Source: Clostridiales bacterium
Lineage (GTDB): Bacteria; Bacillota; Clostridia; Lachnospirales; Lachnospiraceae
Reading direction: 5' to 3'
DNA: 53,017 nucleotides
NCBI GenBank assembly: GCA_012518935.1
Contig: JAAYRE010000020.1
Location: 1-53,017, forward strand
Shown here: piece by piece, positions 20,642 to 31,943 of the stretch
Layout of the letters: each line of letters opens with the position of its first letter
Numbering within the stretch: position 1 is the stretch's first letter
Position numbers and translations under genes: made by a program
The notes under the pieces: model-generated
What the model saw: only the letters and a program-made list of their open reading frames with translations
Told to the model about the DNA's origin: nothing
Databases searched by the model: none

Positions 20642-21421
20642 ATGAATGGAACAATAAGATATACTATCCGACCCTATGATACCTTATGGATGTTGGCTCA
20701 GGTCTTTAATACTACTGTGGAGTCACTTATGGAGTTAAACCCTGGGGTAGATCCCAGGAATCTTCAAGTGGGTCGTGTGATTACAATCAGACCTGGATTT
20801 CAGTATTATCCTCCATATCCTATGGATGATATGGATGATTTCATGAATGATATGGATGATTTCATGGATGACTTTATGGATGATAATCCAAACGGAATGT
20901 TACCAGATTTAAGGGATTATTTTCGTATGCTATGGTTACAGCATGTAATGTGGACTAGGATGGTAGTATTAGGAATCATACATGATCTTCCTGAACTACA
21001 ATTCTCCACACAAAGATTACTTCGTAATGCAACTGATTTTGGCAATGCCTTAGTCCCGTTTTATGGGGAAGAAGCTGCAATGACATTTGAGAATTTGTTT
21101 AGTCAGCATATCACACTTGCTGCAGAGCTGGTAGGGGCAGCCAAGGCCGGTGACTCAGAACAGGTTGATGCAATTTGGCAAAGATGGTTAGATAATGCTA
21201 ATCAAATAGCAGAATTTTTAGTTGGTATTAATCCCAATTGGATGTTAGAAGATTGGAATGCAATGCTTCAAGAACATCTGGAGTTACTTGCTGATAACAT
21301 AATGCAAATTTTGGAGCAGGATTATGAAAATGCAGTTAATGGTTTTGACGAAATTGAGTCACAAGCTATGGAAATGGCAGATGTGATGGCTGAAGGAATC
21401 ATCAGGCAATTTAATGAATAA
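20642..21421 (+). CDS. LysM-domain protein with His-containing helical C-terminal domain (probably spore-associated)
   Basis: YTIRPYDTLWMLAQVFNTTVESLMELNPGVDPRNLQVG; LWLQHVMWTR, QHITL, QEHLEL; upstream AC-N17-CATAAGCT resembles a sigmaK/E promoter. Confidence 0.75.
   Translation: MNGTIRYTIRPYDTLWMLAQVFNTTVESLMELNPGVDPRNLQVGRVITIRPGFQYYPPYPMDDMDDFMNDMDDFMDDFMDDNPNGMLPDLRDYFRMLWLQHVMWTRMVVLGIIHDLPELQFSTQRLLRNATDFGNALVPFYGEEAAMTFENLFSQHITLAAELVGAAKAGDSEQVDAIWQRWLDNANQIAEFLVGINPNWMLEDWNAMLQEHLELLADNIMQILEQDYENAVNGFDEIESQAMEMADVMAEGIIRQFNE
20822..20884 (+). repeat. In-frame low-complexity tandem repeat (MDD/MDDF)
   Basis: ATGGATGAT(TTC) units encoding MDDMDDFMNDMDDFMDDFMDD. Confidence 0.85.
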
Positions 21422-21628
21422 AACCGATTTACCCTTTTTGTATAACTAATGACATTTTGCAGCATGTCTTCCCTCAAGAGACATTAGCCTATAATAGAGA
21501 TAAAATACGGGGTATGATGCATACATGCACCATGCCCCCGTTATCTAATATAATGTACCATACTAAAGAATAATGGGAAACCAATGATAGGTTTATGAAT
21601 ATGTATATAAAATATTAAGGAGGCTTTT

Positions 21629-22552
21629 ATGTTATCTCGGTCAGAGTATATTAGGCAGTCCCTAGAAACCCATTTGTTCTTTGGTAGAATTATGAAGGAA
21701 CATTCATTTTTCTTGTCAACAGGCTTTACGCCCAGGGATGAAAAATTCACCAGGCGGGCAGATGAATTAAAGATTGCATTTGGTAATTTTCTTGAGGATT
21801 GTGTTGCCTTAGCTAATGGAGTGATTAGCAGGGAAGCAATTGCATCTGGAGAAATAATTACTCAGTACACATTGGAAGCGGAAAAGTTAACAGAATTTTA
21901 TACAGGGATTCCACTAATGACTAATATAACAAAAGCAGAGAAAGGCTTAGTAGCAGGCAATGATTTTGCACCAAGAATGGAAAGAAAAGTGTCAGAACTT
22001 AACAGAAGAGCTTTGTCACTACTTGATAGTATTATTCATTTTAAGACAAACATTCTTAATGATGTTTTATCTTGTAAGATGTTTACCTTGAATTATCCAC
22101 TTTTGATCGAACATATATTAAGGGAGGCCAAGTTATATCGTCGTTTGATTCAAAGGCTACAATCTAGAGATGTTATAAACATTCAAAGAGATGCTTTTGA
22201 ACAGGAAGCTTTTTGGAATCAAATTATGGCTGAGCATGCCATGTTTATACGAGGTCTACTTGATCCAACTGAAAAAGATTTGTTTAACGCAGCAGACCGT
22301 TTTGGAAATGAATTTGAACAATTGGTATGTGAAGCACGTAGAGCAATGGATAAAACAATGCCAGTTGATTATATGCAGGTTACTAGTGATAGTTTCCAAG
22401 CCACCAAGGCAATTCGTGATTTTAAGGCTCAGGCAACCGAGGGACTTCTAGAGTGCAAGATTAGATCAATTATCCTACCACTATTGGCAGATCATGTCCT
22501 CCGTGAGGCAAATCATTATCTTAGACTTTTAAAAATTTTTCGTCATCGATAA
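21629..22552 (+). CDS. DUF2935 domain protein
   Basis: Internal duplication IMKEHSFF / IMAEHAMF and HILREA / HVLREA. Confidence 0.82.
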   Translation: MLSRSEYIRQSLETHLFFGRIMKEHSFFLSTGFTPRDEKFTRRADELKIAFGNFLEDCVALANGVISREAIASGEIITQYTLEAEKLTEFYTGIPLMTNITKAEKGLVAGNDFAPRMERKVSELNRRALSLLDSIIHFKTNILNDVLSCKMFTLNYPLLIEHILREAKLYRRLIQRLQSRDVINIQRDAFEQEAFWNQIMAEHAMFIRGLLDPTEKDLFNAADRFGNEFEQLVCEARRAMDKTMPVDYMQVTSDSFQATKAIRDFKAQATEGLLECKIRSIILPLLADHVLREANHYLRLLKIFRHR

Positions 22553-22625
22553 TTAAGTTGAATTATTTTCTACCTTATAGCAAACAATAAGATAGTAAAT
22601 TATTATGTTTGGAGGGATAGAAAAT

Positions 22626-22805
22626 ATGGCAATTCAAAAAATGGATAAACCAAATGAAGGAATAAGATGCGTTGTTAATACTTGTGAATATTATATGAAT
22701 GGTGATCACTGTTCTGCTAAGCAGATAGAAGTGGCTCCAAGAAATGCAAGTGATTCTGAACAAACTGATTGTACAACTTTTACGAAGAAAGATACCTTTA
22801 GCTAA
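22626..22805 (+). CDS. DUF1540 small Cys-rich protein
   Basis: IRCVVNTCEY...HCSAKQIEV...TDCTTF; RBS GGAGGG. Confidence 0.82.
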   Translation: MAIQKMDKPNEGIRCVVNTCEYYMNGDHCSAKQIEVAPRNASDSEQTDCTTFTKKDTFS

Positions 22806-22830
22806 GAACGTAAGTAAGAGGAATATAACT

Positions 22831-22890
22831 GATGGTTGCTTCAAACGCACAATTTCTAATGTTTTTGAAGTGGCCATCTTTTTTGTTTTT
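22831..22890 (+). terminator. Rho-independent terminator
   Basis: GATGGTTGCTTCAAA / TTTGAAGTGGCCATC plus T run. Confidence 0.7.
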
Positions 22891-23073
22891 AGAAATTTTC
22901 TTCAGCAGGTTGCCTTTCCTTATTAATATAATTTTGCCATTGATTTTTATATGGAAATACCTTATCATATACGTTACTACATTAAAGCGACGAAAACAGT
23001 AACTATGTTGATTATGTATAAATATGAAAGTAACACTGGAATTCACCTTTATAAATAAGAATGGAGGATAATT

Positions 23074-24747
23074 ATGAGAAGTGACGCTGTTAAAAAGGGT
23101 ATTCAACAAGCACCCCATAGATCATTATTCAATGCTTTGGGTTTTACAAAAGAAGAATTACATAAACCTCTTATAGGTATTGTAAGTTCACATAATGAGA
23201 TTGTACCAGGACATATGAATCTCGATAAAATTGTAGAGGCTGTAAGACTTGGTGTTGCATATGCAGGAGGAACACCAGTGGTGTTTCCAGCTATAGCTGT
23301 TTGTGACGGAATAGCTATGGGTCATGAGGGTATGAAATACTCCTTGGTTACAAGGGACTTGATTGCCGATTCAACGGAGGCCATGGTAATGGCTCATCAA
23401 TTTGATGCCCTTGTAATGGTGCCAAATTGTGATAAAAATGTACCCGGTCTACTTATGGCAGCGGCTAGGGTTAATATCCCCACCATATTTGTCAGTGGTG
23501 GTCCAATGCTGGCAGGAAGAGTTAAGGGAAGTAAGAGAAGTCTTTCCAGTATGTTTGAGGCAGTAGGTGCATATAATGCCGGTAATATGACCATTGAAGA
23601 AGTGGAGGAATATGAGAACAAGGTATGTGCTTCTTGTGGCTCTTGTTCAGGCATGTATACTGCTAATTCCATGAACTGTCTTACAGAAGCTATAGGTATG
23701 GGGCTTAAGGGTAACGGAACCATTCCAGCTGCTTATTCAGAGAGAATCCGACTTGCTAAGCATGCAGGTATGAAGATAATGGAGCTTCTTGAAAAAGACA
23801 TTCGACCCCGTGATATTATGACTGAGAAAGCATTCTTAAATGCCCTTACTGTAGATATGGCCTTGGGCTGTTCTACCAATACAATGCTACATTTACCTGC
23901 TATCGCTCATGAGGTAGGCTTTGAATTAAATATAGATATAGCAAATGAAATCAGCGAAAAGACACCGAACCTATGCCATCTGGCACCTGCTGGTCCCACT
24001 TATATGGAGGATCTTAATGAAGCTGGTGGTGTATATGCTGTAATGAATGAGCTTAGTAAGAAGGGTCTCTTAGATACTGATTTAATCACGGTAACAGGCA
24101 AAACCGTGGGAGAAAATATTAAAAATTCCTTTAATATGGATCCAGAGGTTATTCGTCCAATAGAGAACCCTTACAGTAAGACTGGAGGAATTGCTATACT
24201 TAAAGGTAATCTTGCTCCAGATTCCAGTGTGGTTAAGCGTTCTGCTGTAGCACCTGAGATGCTAAAACATGAGGGACCTGCAAGAGTCTTTGACTGTGAA
24301 GAAGATGCAATCACTGCAATCTTTGGGGGTAAAATAAAACCTGGTGATGTGGTAGTTATCCGTTATGAAGGGCCAAAAGGTGGTCCAGGTATGAGAGAGA
24401 TGCTAAATCCTACCAGTGCAATTATGGGCATGGGACTAGGTTCCAGTGTGGCACTGATAACAGACGGCCGTTTTTCCGGAGCATCCCGTGGAGCCTGTAT
24501 AGGTCACGTATCTCCTGAAGCGGCAGTGGGAGGAAATATCGCCTTAGTAGAAGAAGGGGATATAATTAGCATTGATATAGGTAACAATACACTGAACTTC
24601 CAAGTTTCTGATGAAGAGCTTAAAAGAAGAAGAGAAAAATGGCAACCCCGTAAACCAAAAATTACTACAGGATATCTAGCACGTTATTCGGCAATGGTAA
24701 CATCCGGTAACCGTGGGGCTATCTTGGAGGTTCCCAAGGCTGAGTAA
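23074..24747 (+). CDS. ilvD: Dihydroxy-acid dehydratase
   Basis: [46 protein letters not shown]. Confidence 0.97.
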   Translation: MRSDAVKKGIQQAPHRSLFNALGFTKEELHKPLIGIVSSHNEIVPGHMNLDKIVEAVRLGVAYAGGTPVVFPAIAVCDGIAMGHEGMKYSLVTRDLIADSTEAMVMAHQFDALVMVPNCDKNVPGLLMAAARVNIPTIFVSGGPMLAGRVKGSKRSLSSMFEAVGAYNAGNMTIEEVEEYENKVCASCGSCSGMYTANSMNCLTEAIGMGLKGNGTIPAAYSERIRLAKHAGMKIMELLEKDIRPRDIMTEKAFLNALTVDMALGCSTNTMLHLPAIAHEVGFELNIDIANEISEKTPNLCHLAPAGPTYMEDLNEAGGVYAVMNELSKKGLLDTDLITVTGKTVGENIKNSFNMDPEVIRPIENPYSKTGGIAILKGNLAPDSSVVKRSAVAPEMLKHEGPARVFDCEEDAITAIFGGKIKPGDVVVIRYEGPKGGPGMREMLNPTSAIMGMGLGSSVALITDGRFSGASRGACIGHVSPEAAVGGNIALVEEGDIISIDIGNNTLNFQVSDEELKRRREKWQPRKPKITTGYLARYSAMVTSGNRGAILEVPKAE

Positions 24748-24760
24748 AGGAGGAGTATGT

Positions 24761-26440
24761 ATGGAGATAAGTGGTTCAAGAATAGTAATAGAATGTTTAA
24801 AAGAGCAGGGTGTTGATACTGTATTCGGGTATCCAGGCGGTGCGATTTTAAATATTTATGATGAATTATATAAACATAGTGATGAGATTAAGCATATTCT
24901 TACTTCTCATGAGCAAGGAGCTTCCCATGCTGCTGACGGATATGCAAGAGCAACAGGTAAGGTTGGTGTATGTATGGCAACTTCAGGTCCTGGCTCAACT
25001 AATCTGGTAACCGGTATTGCCACTGCTTACATGGACAGTGTACCCATGGTTGCCATAACTGCCAATGTGGCGGTTAACTACCTTGGAAGAGATTCCTTTC
25101 AGGAAATTGACATAGCAGGAGTAACTATGCCTATAACTAAACATAATTTTATTGTTAAGGACGTTACTAAACTAGCTGATACCCTAAGACGGGCTTTTAG
25201 GATAGCACAAACCGGTCGACCAGGACCAGTTCTGGTGGATATAACAAAGGATGTAACTGCTGCCAAGACTGAATTTGAAAATGCAGTTATTCCTCCTATT
25301 GTTCGCAGCACTGATAAGATAGAGAGGCAGGATTTAGAGAAGGCTGTAGCCATGATAAATAAATCCAAGAAACCATTTATCTTGGTTGGTGGTGGTGCGG
25401 TAATATCCGACGCTTATGTAGAGCTTAAAGAATTCATAGAAAAGGTAGATGCACCAGTAGCAGATACTCTTATGGGAAAGGGTGCATTTGACGGAACAGA
25501 TGCCCGCTATACAGGTATGGTGGGAATGCATGGAACTAAGCCATCAAACCTAGGTATAACAGAATGTGATCTATTGATTGCAATAGGTGCAAGATTTTCA
25601 GACAGGGTGACAGGTAACGCTAATAAATTTGCGCGTAAGGCTGAGATTATTCATATTGATATTGACCCAGCAGAAATTAATAAAAACGTACAATCCCATC
25701 AGGCCATAATCGGCGACGTTAAGGAAGTCTTAACAAGACTTAATAAAATGTTGGCTAAACAAGAACATGGCAAATGGCTTGAGCACATTATGGATTTAAA
25801 GGCCAAGTTCCCCTTAAAGTACCGTGATGATATCTTGACAGGACCTTATATCTTAGAAAAACTATATGAAATAACTGAAGGAAATGCAATTATTTCAACA
25901 GAAGTTGGTCAACATCAGATGTGGGCAGCACAGTATTATAAATATAAGTCTCCAAGAACTATTTTAACATCCGGTGGTTTAGGAACCATGGGCTATGGTT
26001 TGGGAGCTTCCATTGGTGCAAAAGTAGGAAAACCTGATTCAACAGTAGTAAATATAGCAGGGGATGGATGCTTTAGAATGAATATGAATGAAATTGCCAC
26101 AGCCACCCGTTATAATATTCCAATTATTCAAATAATATTTAATAATCATGTTTTGGGAATGGTACGTCAATGGCAATCTCTATTCTATGGAAAAAGATAC
26201 TCCCATACCACCTTAAATGATAAGGTGGACTTCGTTAAATTGGCAGAGGCAATGGGAGCAAAAGCATTCCGAATTACCAAGCCTGAAGAAGTGGAAGGAG
26301 TATTAAAAGAAGCCTTAGCAGCTAAGGAACCTGTATTAATTGACTGTATTATTGACAGTGATGAAAAAGTATGGCCTATGGTTGCTCCAGGGGCTCCAAT
26401 TGACGAGGTGTTTTCAGAGGAGGATTTAGAAAAGAAATAA
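24761..26440 (+). CDS. ilvB: Acetolactate synthase large subunit
   Basis: FGYPGGA, HEQGASHAADGYARATG, GGLGTMGYG, GDGCFRMN. Confidence 0.96.
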   Translation: MEISGSRIVIECLKEQGVDTVFGYPGGAILNIYDELYKHSDEIKHILTSHEQGASHAADGYARATGKVGVCMATSGPGSTNLVTGIATAYMDSVPMVAITANVAVNYLGRDSFQEIDIAGVTMPITKHNFIVKDVTKLADTLRRAFRIAQTGRPGPVLVDITKDVTAAKTEFENAVIPPIVRSTDKIERQDLEKAVAMINKSKKPFILVGGGAVISDAYVELKEFIEKVDAPVADTLMGKGAFDGTDARYTGMVGMHGTKPSNLGITECDLLIAIGARFSDRVTGNANKFARKAEIIHIDIDPAEINKNVQSHQAIIGDVKEVLTRLNKMLAKQEHGKWLEHIMDLKAKFPLKYRDDILTGPYILEKLYEITEGNAIISTEVGQHQMWAAQYYKYKSPRTILTSGGLGTMGYGLGASIGAKVGKPDSTVVNIAGDGCFRMNMNEIATATRYNIPIIQIIFNNHVLGMVRQWQSLFYGKRYSHTTLNDKVDFVKLAEAMGAKAFRITKPEEVEGVLKEALAAKEPVLIDCIIDSDEKVWPMVAPGAPIDEVFSEEDLEKK

Positions 26441-26480
26441 ACTTAGGGGTAAAATAGGATAAGTTTAGGTCATATTGTTA

Positions 26481-26509
26481 TTGACAAAAAAATAACATAG
26501 TTTTATAAT
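26481..26509 (+). promoter_or_regulatory. Consensus sigmaA promoter of serC-serA
   Basis: TTGACA-17 bp-TATAAT. Confidence 0.88.
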
Positions 26510-26592
26510 AAGGATTGTACTTTACTAAATTAAAGTTATAAAGTTCATGTGATAATACAAGACTTAGTATAATTAAGAGGGAGGATAAGAAA

Positions 26593-27675
26593 ATGGGAAG
26601 AATTTATAATTTTTCAGCTGGACCGGCTATGCTTCCGGAAGAAGTACTAAAGGAAGCAGCTGATGAGATGCTTGATTACAGAGGCTCAGGAATGTCTGTA
26701 ATGGAGATGAGCCATCGATCTAAGGTATATGAAGGCATAATTCAAGAAGCAGAGAAGGATTTAAGGGAGTTAATGAATATTCCCGACAATTATAAGGTAT
26801 TATTCCTTCAGGGAGGAGCCTCCCAACAATTTGCTGCCGTTCCAATGAATCTTATGAAGAATAAGGTGGCTGACTATATTATTACCGGACAGTGGGCAAA
26901 AAAAGCATATCAAGAAGCAGGCAAGTATGGTAAGGCAAATGCTATTGCTTCATCAGCGGATAAGACTTTTTCCTACATACCTGATTGTTCAGAACTTCCG
27001 ATATCAGAAGATGCTGACTATGTCTATATATGTGAGAATAATACCATTTACGGAACAAAGTTCAAGACTCTTCCGAATACTAAGGGTAAAATCCTAGTAG
27101 CGGATATTTCCTCATGTTTCTTATCAGAGCCCGTTGATGTAACAAAATACGGTTTATTATTTGGTGGAGTTCAGAAGAATATTGGACCAGCTGGTGTAGT
27201 TATTACTATAATCAGAGAGGATTTATTAACAGAAGAGCCTCTAGAGGGAACTCCAACTATGTTAAATTACAAGATACAATCTGATGCTAATTCATTATAT
27301 AATACACCTCCTGCATATGGCATTTATATTTGTGGTAAGGTCTTCAAATGGATTAAGAGGATGGGTGGACTTGAAGCCATGAAGGATAGAAATGAGAAAA
27401 AGGCTAAGATTCTTTATGATTTCTTAGATGAGAGCAAACTCTTTAAGGGTACTGTTGTTAAAGAGGATCGTTCATTAATGAATGTACCATTTGTTACTGG
27501 CAATGAAGAGCTGGATGCTAAATTTGTCAAAGAAGCAAAGGCAGCAGGTCTTGAGAACCTTAAAGGACACAGAACCGTGGGTGGTATGAGAGCCAGCATA
27601 TATAATGCTATGCCTATGGAGGGTGTAGAAGCACTGGTAGAATTCATGAAGAAATTTGAAAATGAGAATATCTAA
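26593..27675 (+). CDS. serC: Phosphoserine aminotransferase
   Basis: NFSAGPA, MEMSHRS, QKNIGPAG, YNTPP, GHRTVGGMRASIYN. Confidence 0.97.
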   Translation: MGRIYNFSAGPAMLPEEVLKEAADEMLDYRGSGMSVMEMSHRSKVYEGIIQEAEKDLRELMNIPDNYKVLFLQGGASQQFAAVPMNLMKNKVADYIITGQWAKKAYQEAGKYGKANAIASSADKTFSYIPDCSELPISEDADYVYICENNTIYGTKFKTLPNTKGKILVADISSCFLSEPVDVTKYGLLFGGVQKNIGPAGVVITIIREDLLTEEPLEGTPTMLNYKIQSDANSLYNTPPAYGIYICGKVFKWIKRMGGLEAMKDRNEKKAKILYDFLDESKLFKGTVVKEDRSLMNVPFVTGNEELDAKFVKEAKAAGLENLKGHRTVGGMRASIYNAMPMEGVEALVEFMKKFENENI

Positions 27676-27714
27676 TAACCTGTTAAATGCTATTTAGGGA
27701 AGGAGAGTACATAT

Positions 27715-28893
27715 ATGAGATATAACTGTCTCAATCCAATTTCATCAATAGGCTTAAAAATGTTTTCTGACAAATACGAGAAGACTGATAATGTTGATGA
27801 GGCGGATGTTATTTTAGTAAGAAGTGCAGCAATGCATGATATGGAATTTGGTAGTAAGCTTAAAGCTATAGCCAGAGCTGGAGCCGGTGTTAACAATATA
27901 CCCCTTGATAAATGTGCAGAGCAGGGAATTGTAGTATTTAATACACCAGGTGCTAATGCCAATGGGGTTAAGGAATTAGTAATTGCAGGTCTGATGCTAG
28001 CTGCCCGTGACATAATCGGCGGAGTCAACTGGGTAAAGACCATAAAAGATGAACCGGATGTGGCTAAGCTGGTTGAGAAAGGTAAGAAACAATTTGCAGG
28101 TACTGAAATCAAAGGCAAGAAGATTGGAGTTATTGGTCTTGGAGCTATCGGTGTTTTAGTAGCAAATGCTGCAAATCGTTTAGGAATGACTGTCTATGGC
28201 TATGACCCATTTATTTCAGTAGATAGTGCATGGAACTTATCTAGAGATGTGGTTCATGTAAAGAGTAGAGATGATATCTATAGAGATTGCGACTATATTA
28301 CGGTACATACTCCTCTTATTGAAGATGAGAACCCTGATAATAATACTAGGGAAATGATTAATAAAGAATCTATGTCTAAAATGAAGGATGGAGTTGTTAT
28401 CTTGAATTTTTCCAGAGGTCTTCTGGTAAATGATGCAGATATGGAAGAAGCACTTAAGTCCGGTAAGGTAGCTAAATATGTTACTGATTTTCCCAATGAC
28501 AAGACAGCTAAGATGGAAGGAGTTATTGCCATACCTCATCTAGGTGCATCCACTGAGGAATCCGAGGATAACTGTGCAATGATGGCTGTAAAACAGCTTA
28601 TGGATTATATGGAGAATGGTAATATCAAGAACTCTGTAAACTTCCCTAACTGTGATGCTGGTGTATGTACATCAAAGGGCAGGCTTGCCATTCTACATAG
28701 AAATATTCCTAAGATGCTAACACAATTTACAGGAGCCTTCGCTGAGCTGAATGTTAATATTGAAAACATGGTAAATAAGAGTAGAGGTGATTATGCTTAT
28801 ACTGTAATTGATGTAGACGTCTTGGTAAATGGTAATGTAACTGAAAAACTCAGTGCAATAAATGGCGTCCTGAAGGTAAGAGTAGTCAAATAA
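27715..28893 (+). CDS. serA: D-3-phosphoglycerate dehydrogenase with ACT domain
   Basis: ARAGAGVNN, GLGAIG, PHLGAST, C-terminal HRNIPKML. Confidence 0.92.
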   Translation: MRYNCLNPISSIGLKMFSDKYEKTDNVDEADVILVRSAAMHDMEFGSKLKAIARAGAGVNNIPLDKCAEQGIVVFNTPGANANGVKELVIAGLMLAARDIIGGVNWVKTIKDEPDVAKLVEKGKKQFAGTEIKGKKIGVIGLGAIGVLVANAANRLGMTVYGYDPFISVDSAWNLSRDVVHVKSRDDIYRDCDYITVHTPLIEDENPDNNTREMINKESMSKMKDGVVILNFSRGLLVNDADMEEALKSGKVAKYVTDFPNDKTAKMEGVIAIPHLGASTEESEDNCAMMAVKQLMDYMENGNIKNSVNFPNCDAGVCTSKGRLAILHRNIPKMLTQFTGAFAELNVNIENMVNKSRGDYAYTVIDVDVLVNGNVTEKLSAINGVLKVRVVK

Positions 28894-28926
28894 TATTATG
28901 GTTATATAGTATAATTCATGAGATAT

Positions 28927-28965
28927 AAAAAGGATGTCCTTATATTGTAGTAAGGGCATCTTTTT
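28927..28965 (+). terminator. Terminator after serA (second hairpin follows at 28973-28997)
   Basis: AAAAAGGATGTCCTTA / TAAGGGCATCTTTTT; then GATTGATACAC-AGG-GTGTATCAATC. Confidence 0.75.
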
Positions 28966-29091
28966 GTCATAAGATTGATACACAGGGTGTATCAATCGTT
29001 GTCTAACATAATTTACTTGATTTTTATTAAATATATCTTAAAATAAATATATAAAGAAAACATTTTGAATAATACTAAGGGGGACGACTTC

Positions 29092-30576
29092 ATGCAAAAG
29101 AAAGAAACTTATAATGTACAAAGAGTACATAAGGTTAATTTAACTGTAATTGCTATTTTGGTTTTTATGATTGTTGGTCTGGTAGTAGCTTCATCGGGGT
29201 GGGCTGATAGCGTATTTCCGATTATTGCTGGTGCAGTTATTTTAGTTCTTTGCTTACTTAATTATTTTCTTCCAATTCCTGAATTTCTAAAGAGTCTGTT
29301 CTTCCCTTTACTTCCATATCTTATACTTATAGGCTTGTTTTTTGCTGAAGGGTATGAACTTAATCAGCATTATCTCCTTATAGTGTGTATTATAATGGCA
29401 GCTCTTTATTTTAATAAAAGGCTTATTGTTACATATGGTATAATTTTTACATTGATATTCGTACTAACATATATAATTGACCCCATGGGATTTTTGGGTA
29501 TTGAAAGTTTTAGAATATTTATAACTATTCTTGTAGCTGTAGACGGAATGATGCTTCTTTTGTATTTCCTGGCCAGATGGGGAAATGACCTTATAGAAAG
29601 AACAGCAAGAACAGAAGCTAAGGCTCAGGAACTTATAAAGAAGCTAAAGGAATCCAGCATATCCATGGAGAATACAACATTGGAGCTGGATAAGAACATC
29701 GGTAGTTTTAATAAGGAAGTTGCTGGTATATATAATACCAGTAGAGGAATCTTAGATTCTGTTCAGCAAATGTCTGCAGCTATTGAGGAGGAAGCTTCGA
29801 GTATTTATACGATTAATGACTCTATGACCAATTCGCTCCAAAGTATTAATCAGACCGTAGCCATATCAAAAGGAATAACTGAAAAATCAAATGTAATGAG
29901 TGAAAAGGTTGATGAAGGCTGGAATAAGATTAATAATATTGATAAGAAAATGGAAACAGTAAATCATACTATTAAAAACACATCAGAAACAGTTAGTGAA
30001 CTCAAAACAAGTCTTGGAGAGATAAATGAATTGCTAAAGAGTATCAAAGACATTGCTAAACAGACAAACCTTCTGGCACTAAATGCTTCTATTGAATCTG
30101 TTAGTGCAGGGGAATATGGAAAGGGTTTTGCAGTTGTTGCTGAGGAAATAAGAAAGCTGTCAGTACAAAGCAGGGATATAGTAACCAATATTTCTTTGGT
30201 AACAGATGAGATTTTCGAAAAAGCAGACGCTGCTGTTAATCGTTCCATAGAGGGGGAAAAAGCTGCCTCGGATAGTGTTGAAACCATGCATGAGCTAGCA
30301 CAGTATTTTGCAGAAATAAAAGATTCCTATAAAGAAACAAACTCAGAATTAAGTAAGGGAATGGCAGAAATTGAATCAGCTGCAAATCAATTCAAATTAA
30401 TACAGGAGCAAATCACCAATGTGGCAAGCATATCAGAAGAAAACACTGCTTCAACCCAGGAAATTCTATCCTTTATAGAGTCTGAGAATAATCAGATTGC
30501 TAAGATTAATGCAGCTGTAGCAGGTATTCAGGATTTGAGTAGTAACTTAAAGAAGATGGTAGAAAGATCATATTAG
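29092..30576 (+). CDS. Methyl-accepting chemotaxis protein with multi-TM sensor region
   Basis: About 6 N-terminal TM segments; [34 protein letters not shown]. Confidence 0.9.
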   Translation: MQKKETYNVQRVHKVNLTVIAILVFMIVGLVVASSGWADSVFPIIAGAVILVLCLLNYFLPIPEFLKSLFFPLLPYLILIGLFFAEGYELNQHYLLIVCIIMAALYFNKRLIVTYGIIFTLIFVLTYIIDPMGFLGIESFRIFITILVAVDGMMLLLYFLARWGNDLIERTARTEAKAQELIKKLKESSISMENTTLELDKNIGSFNKEVAGIYNTSRGILDSVQQMSAAIEEEASSIYTINDSMTNSLQSINQTVAISKGITEKSNVMSEKVDEGWNKINNIDKKMETVNHTIKNTSETVSELKTSLGEINELLKSIKDIAKQTNLLALNASIESVSAGEYGKGFAVVAEEIRKLSVQSRDIVTNISLVTDEIFEKADAAVNRSIEGEKAASDSVETMHELAQYFAEIKDSYKETNSELSKGMAEIESAANQFKLIQEQITNVASISEENTASTQEILSFIESENNQIAKINAAVAGIQDLSSNLKKMVERSY

Positions 30577-30595
30577 TTAAACAGGAGGAAATATT

Positions 30596-31834
30596 ATGTC
30601 AGTAGTAAAGCCATTTATGTGTATCAGACCTAATCAAGCAGTTGCTCATCGTATTGCTGCCTTACCCTATGATGTATATAATCGTGAAGAAGCAAAACAG
30701 GAAATACAAAAAGAACCGATGTCATTTTTAAGAATAGATCGTTCTGAGACTAACTTTGAAGATGAAGTGGATACCTATGACCCTAGGGTATATAAAAAGG
30801 CTAAAGAAATCTTAGATGAAATGATTGAGCGTGGTGACTTTGTAGTTGATAATATGGAATGTTATTATATCTATGAACTTGTTATGAATGGCCGTTCCCA
30901 GACAGGTATTGTAGCCTGTGCATCAATTGATGATTATCTTAACAATGTAATAAAGAAGCATGAAAATACCAGGGAAGATAAGGAAATAGATAGAATAACC
31001 CATGTGGATGTATGTAATGCACAGACAGGACCTATATTCCTTGCCTATCGTTCTAGGGAAGAAATCAATAATGTTGTAGAAGAGGCAAAAAAGGAAGAAA
31101 CCCTCTATAGCTTTACTGCTGAAGATGGAGTAAGTCATCATGTATGGAGATTATCTAATAGGGAAAAGATTAATACAATTAGATCCGCATTTTCTAAGAT
31201 TTCTGAAATCTATATTGCTGACGGTCATCATAGAACGGCCTCAGCTGTGAAAGTTGGATTAAAAAGAAGAAAAGATAATCCGGACTATACAGGAGACGAA
31301 GAATTTAATTATTTTCTCTCAGTATTATTTCCCCATGATCAGTTGATGATTCTACCCTATAACCGCACAGTAAAGGATATAAATGGACTGGCAAAGGAGC
31401 AGTTTATTAATAAGATAAAAGAAAGCTTTGAAGTGATAGAGAATGGATATACCCCTTATAAACCCAATAACAAGGCTACATTTGGTATGTTATTTGATGG
31501 TTCATGGTATGTATTAAAAGCAAAGGATAATATAATTAATAGACATGATCCAGTGAAAGCACTGGATGTATCAATACTGCAAGATTATCTCCTAAGACCA
31601 ATTCTTGGAATAGAAGATCCAAGAACAGACAAGAGGATTGATTTTATTGGTGGAATTCGTGGTCTTAAGGAGTTAGAAAGAAGAACCCTACAGGATATGA
31701 GAGTTGCCTTTTCCATGTATCCAACATCTATTGATGAGTTATTTGCAGTATCAGATGCAGGAATGCTTATGCCCCCAAAATCAACCTGGTTTGAACCAAA
31801 GCTTAGAAGTGGTTTATTTATCCATTCAATCTAA
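30596..31834 (+). CDS. DUF1015 family protein
   Basis: AALPYDV, IKKHENTR, YIADGHHR, MPPKSTWFEPKLRSGL. Confidence 0.9.
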   Translation: MSVVKPFMCIRPNQAVAHRIAALPYDVYNREEAKQEIQKEPMSFLRIDRSETNFEDEVDTYDPRVYKKAKEILDEMIERGDFVVDNMECYYIYELVMNGRSQTGIVACASIDDYLNNVIKKHENTREDKEIDRITHVDVCNAQTGPIFLAYRSREEINNVVEEAKKEETLYSFTAEDGVSHHVWRLSNREKINTIRSAFSKISEIYIADGHHRTASAVKVGLKRRKDNPDYTGDEEFNYFLSVLFPHDQLMILPYNRTVKDINGLAKEQFINKIKESFEVIENGYTPYKPNNKATFGMLFDGSWYVLKAKDNIINRHDPVKALDVSILQDYLLRPILGIEDPRTDKRIDFIGGIRGLKELERRTLQDMRVAFSMYPTSIDELFAVSDAGMLMPPKSTWFEPKLRSGLFIHSI

Positions 31835-31943
31835 TAAAACTGGTAAAAGATACTAGTCTTGATTTGATAATTATGTTATTATAAAGATGTGTGACTTAAT
31901 GGTCTTGTTAACATTATTATTAATCAATACAAGGAGGATAAAC

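Noticed and set aside
22806-23073. Possible T-box or riboswitch ahead of ilvD
   Set aside because: No T-box core or specifier stem seen; the hairpin fits a plain terminator for the DUF1540 gene.
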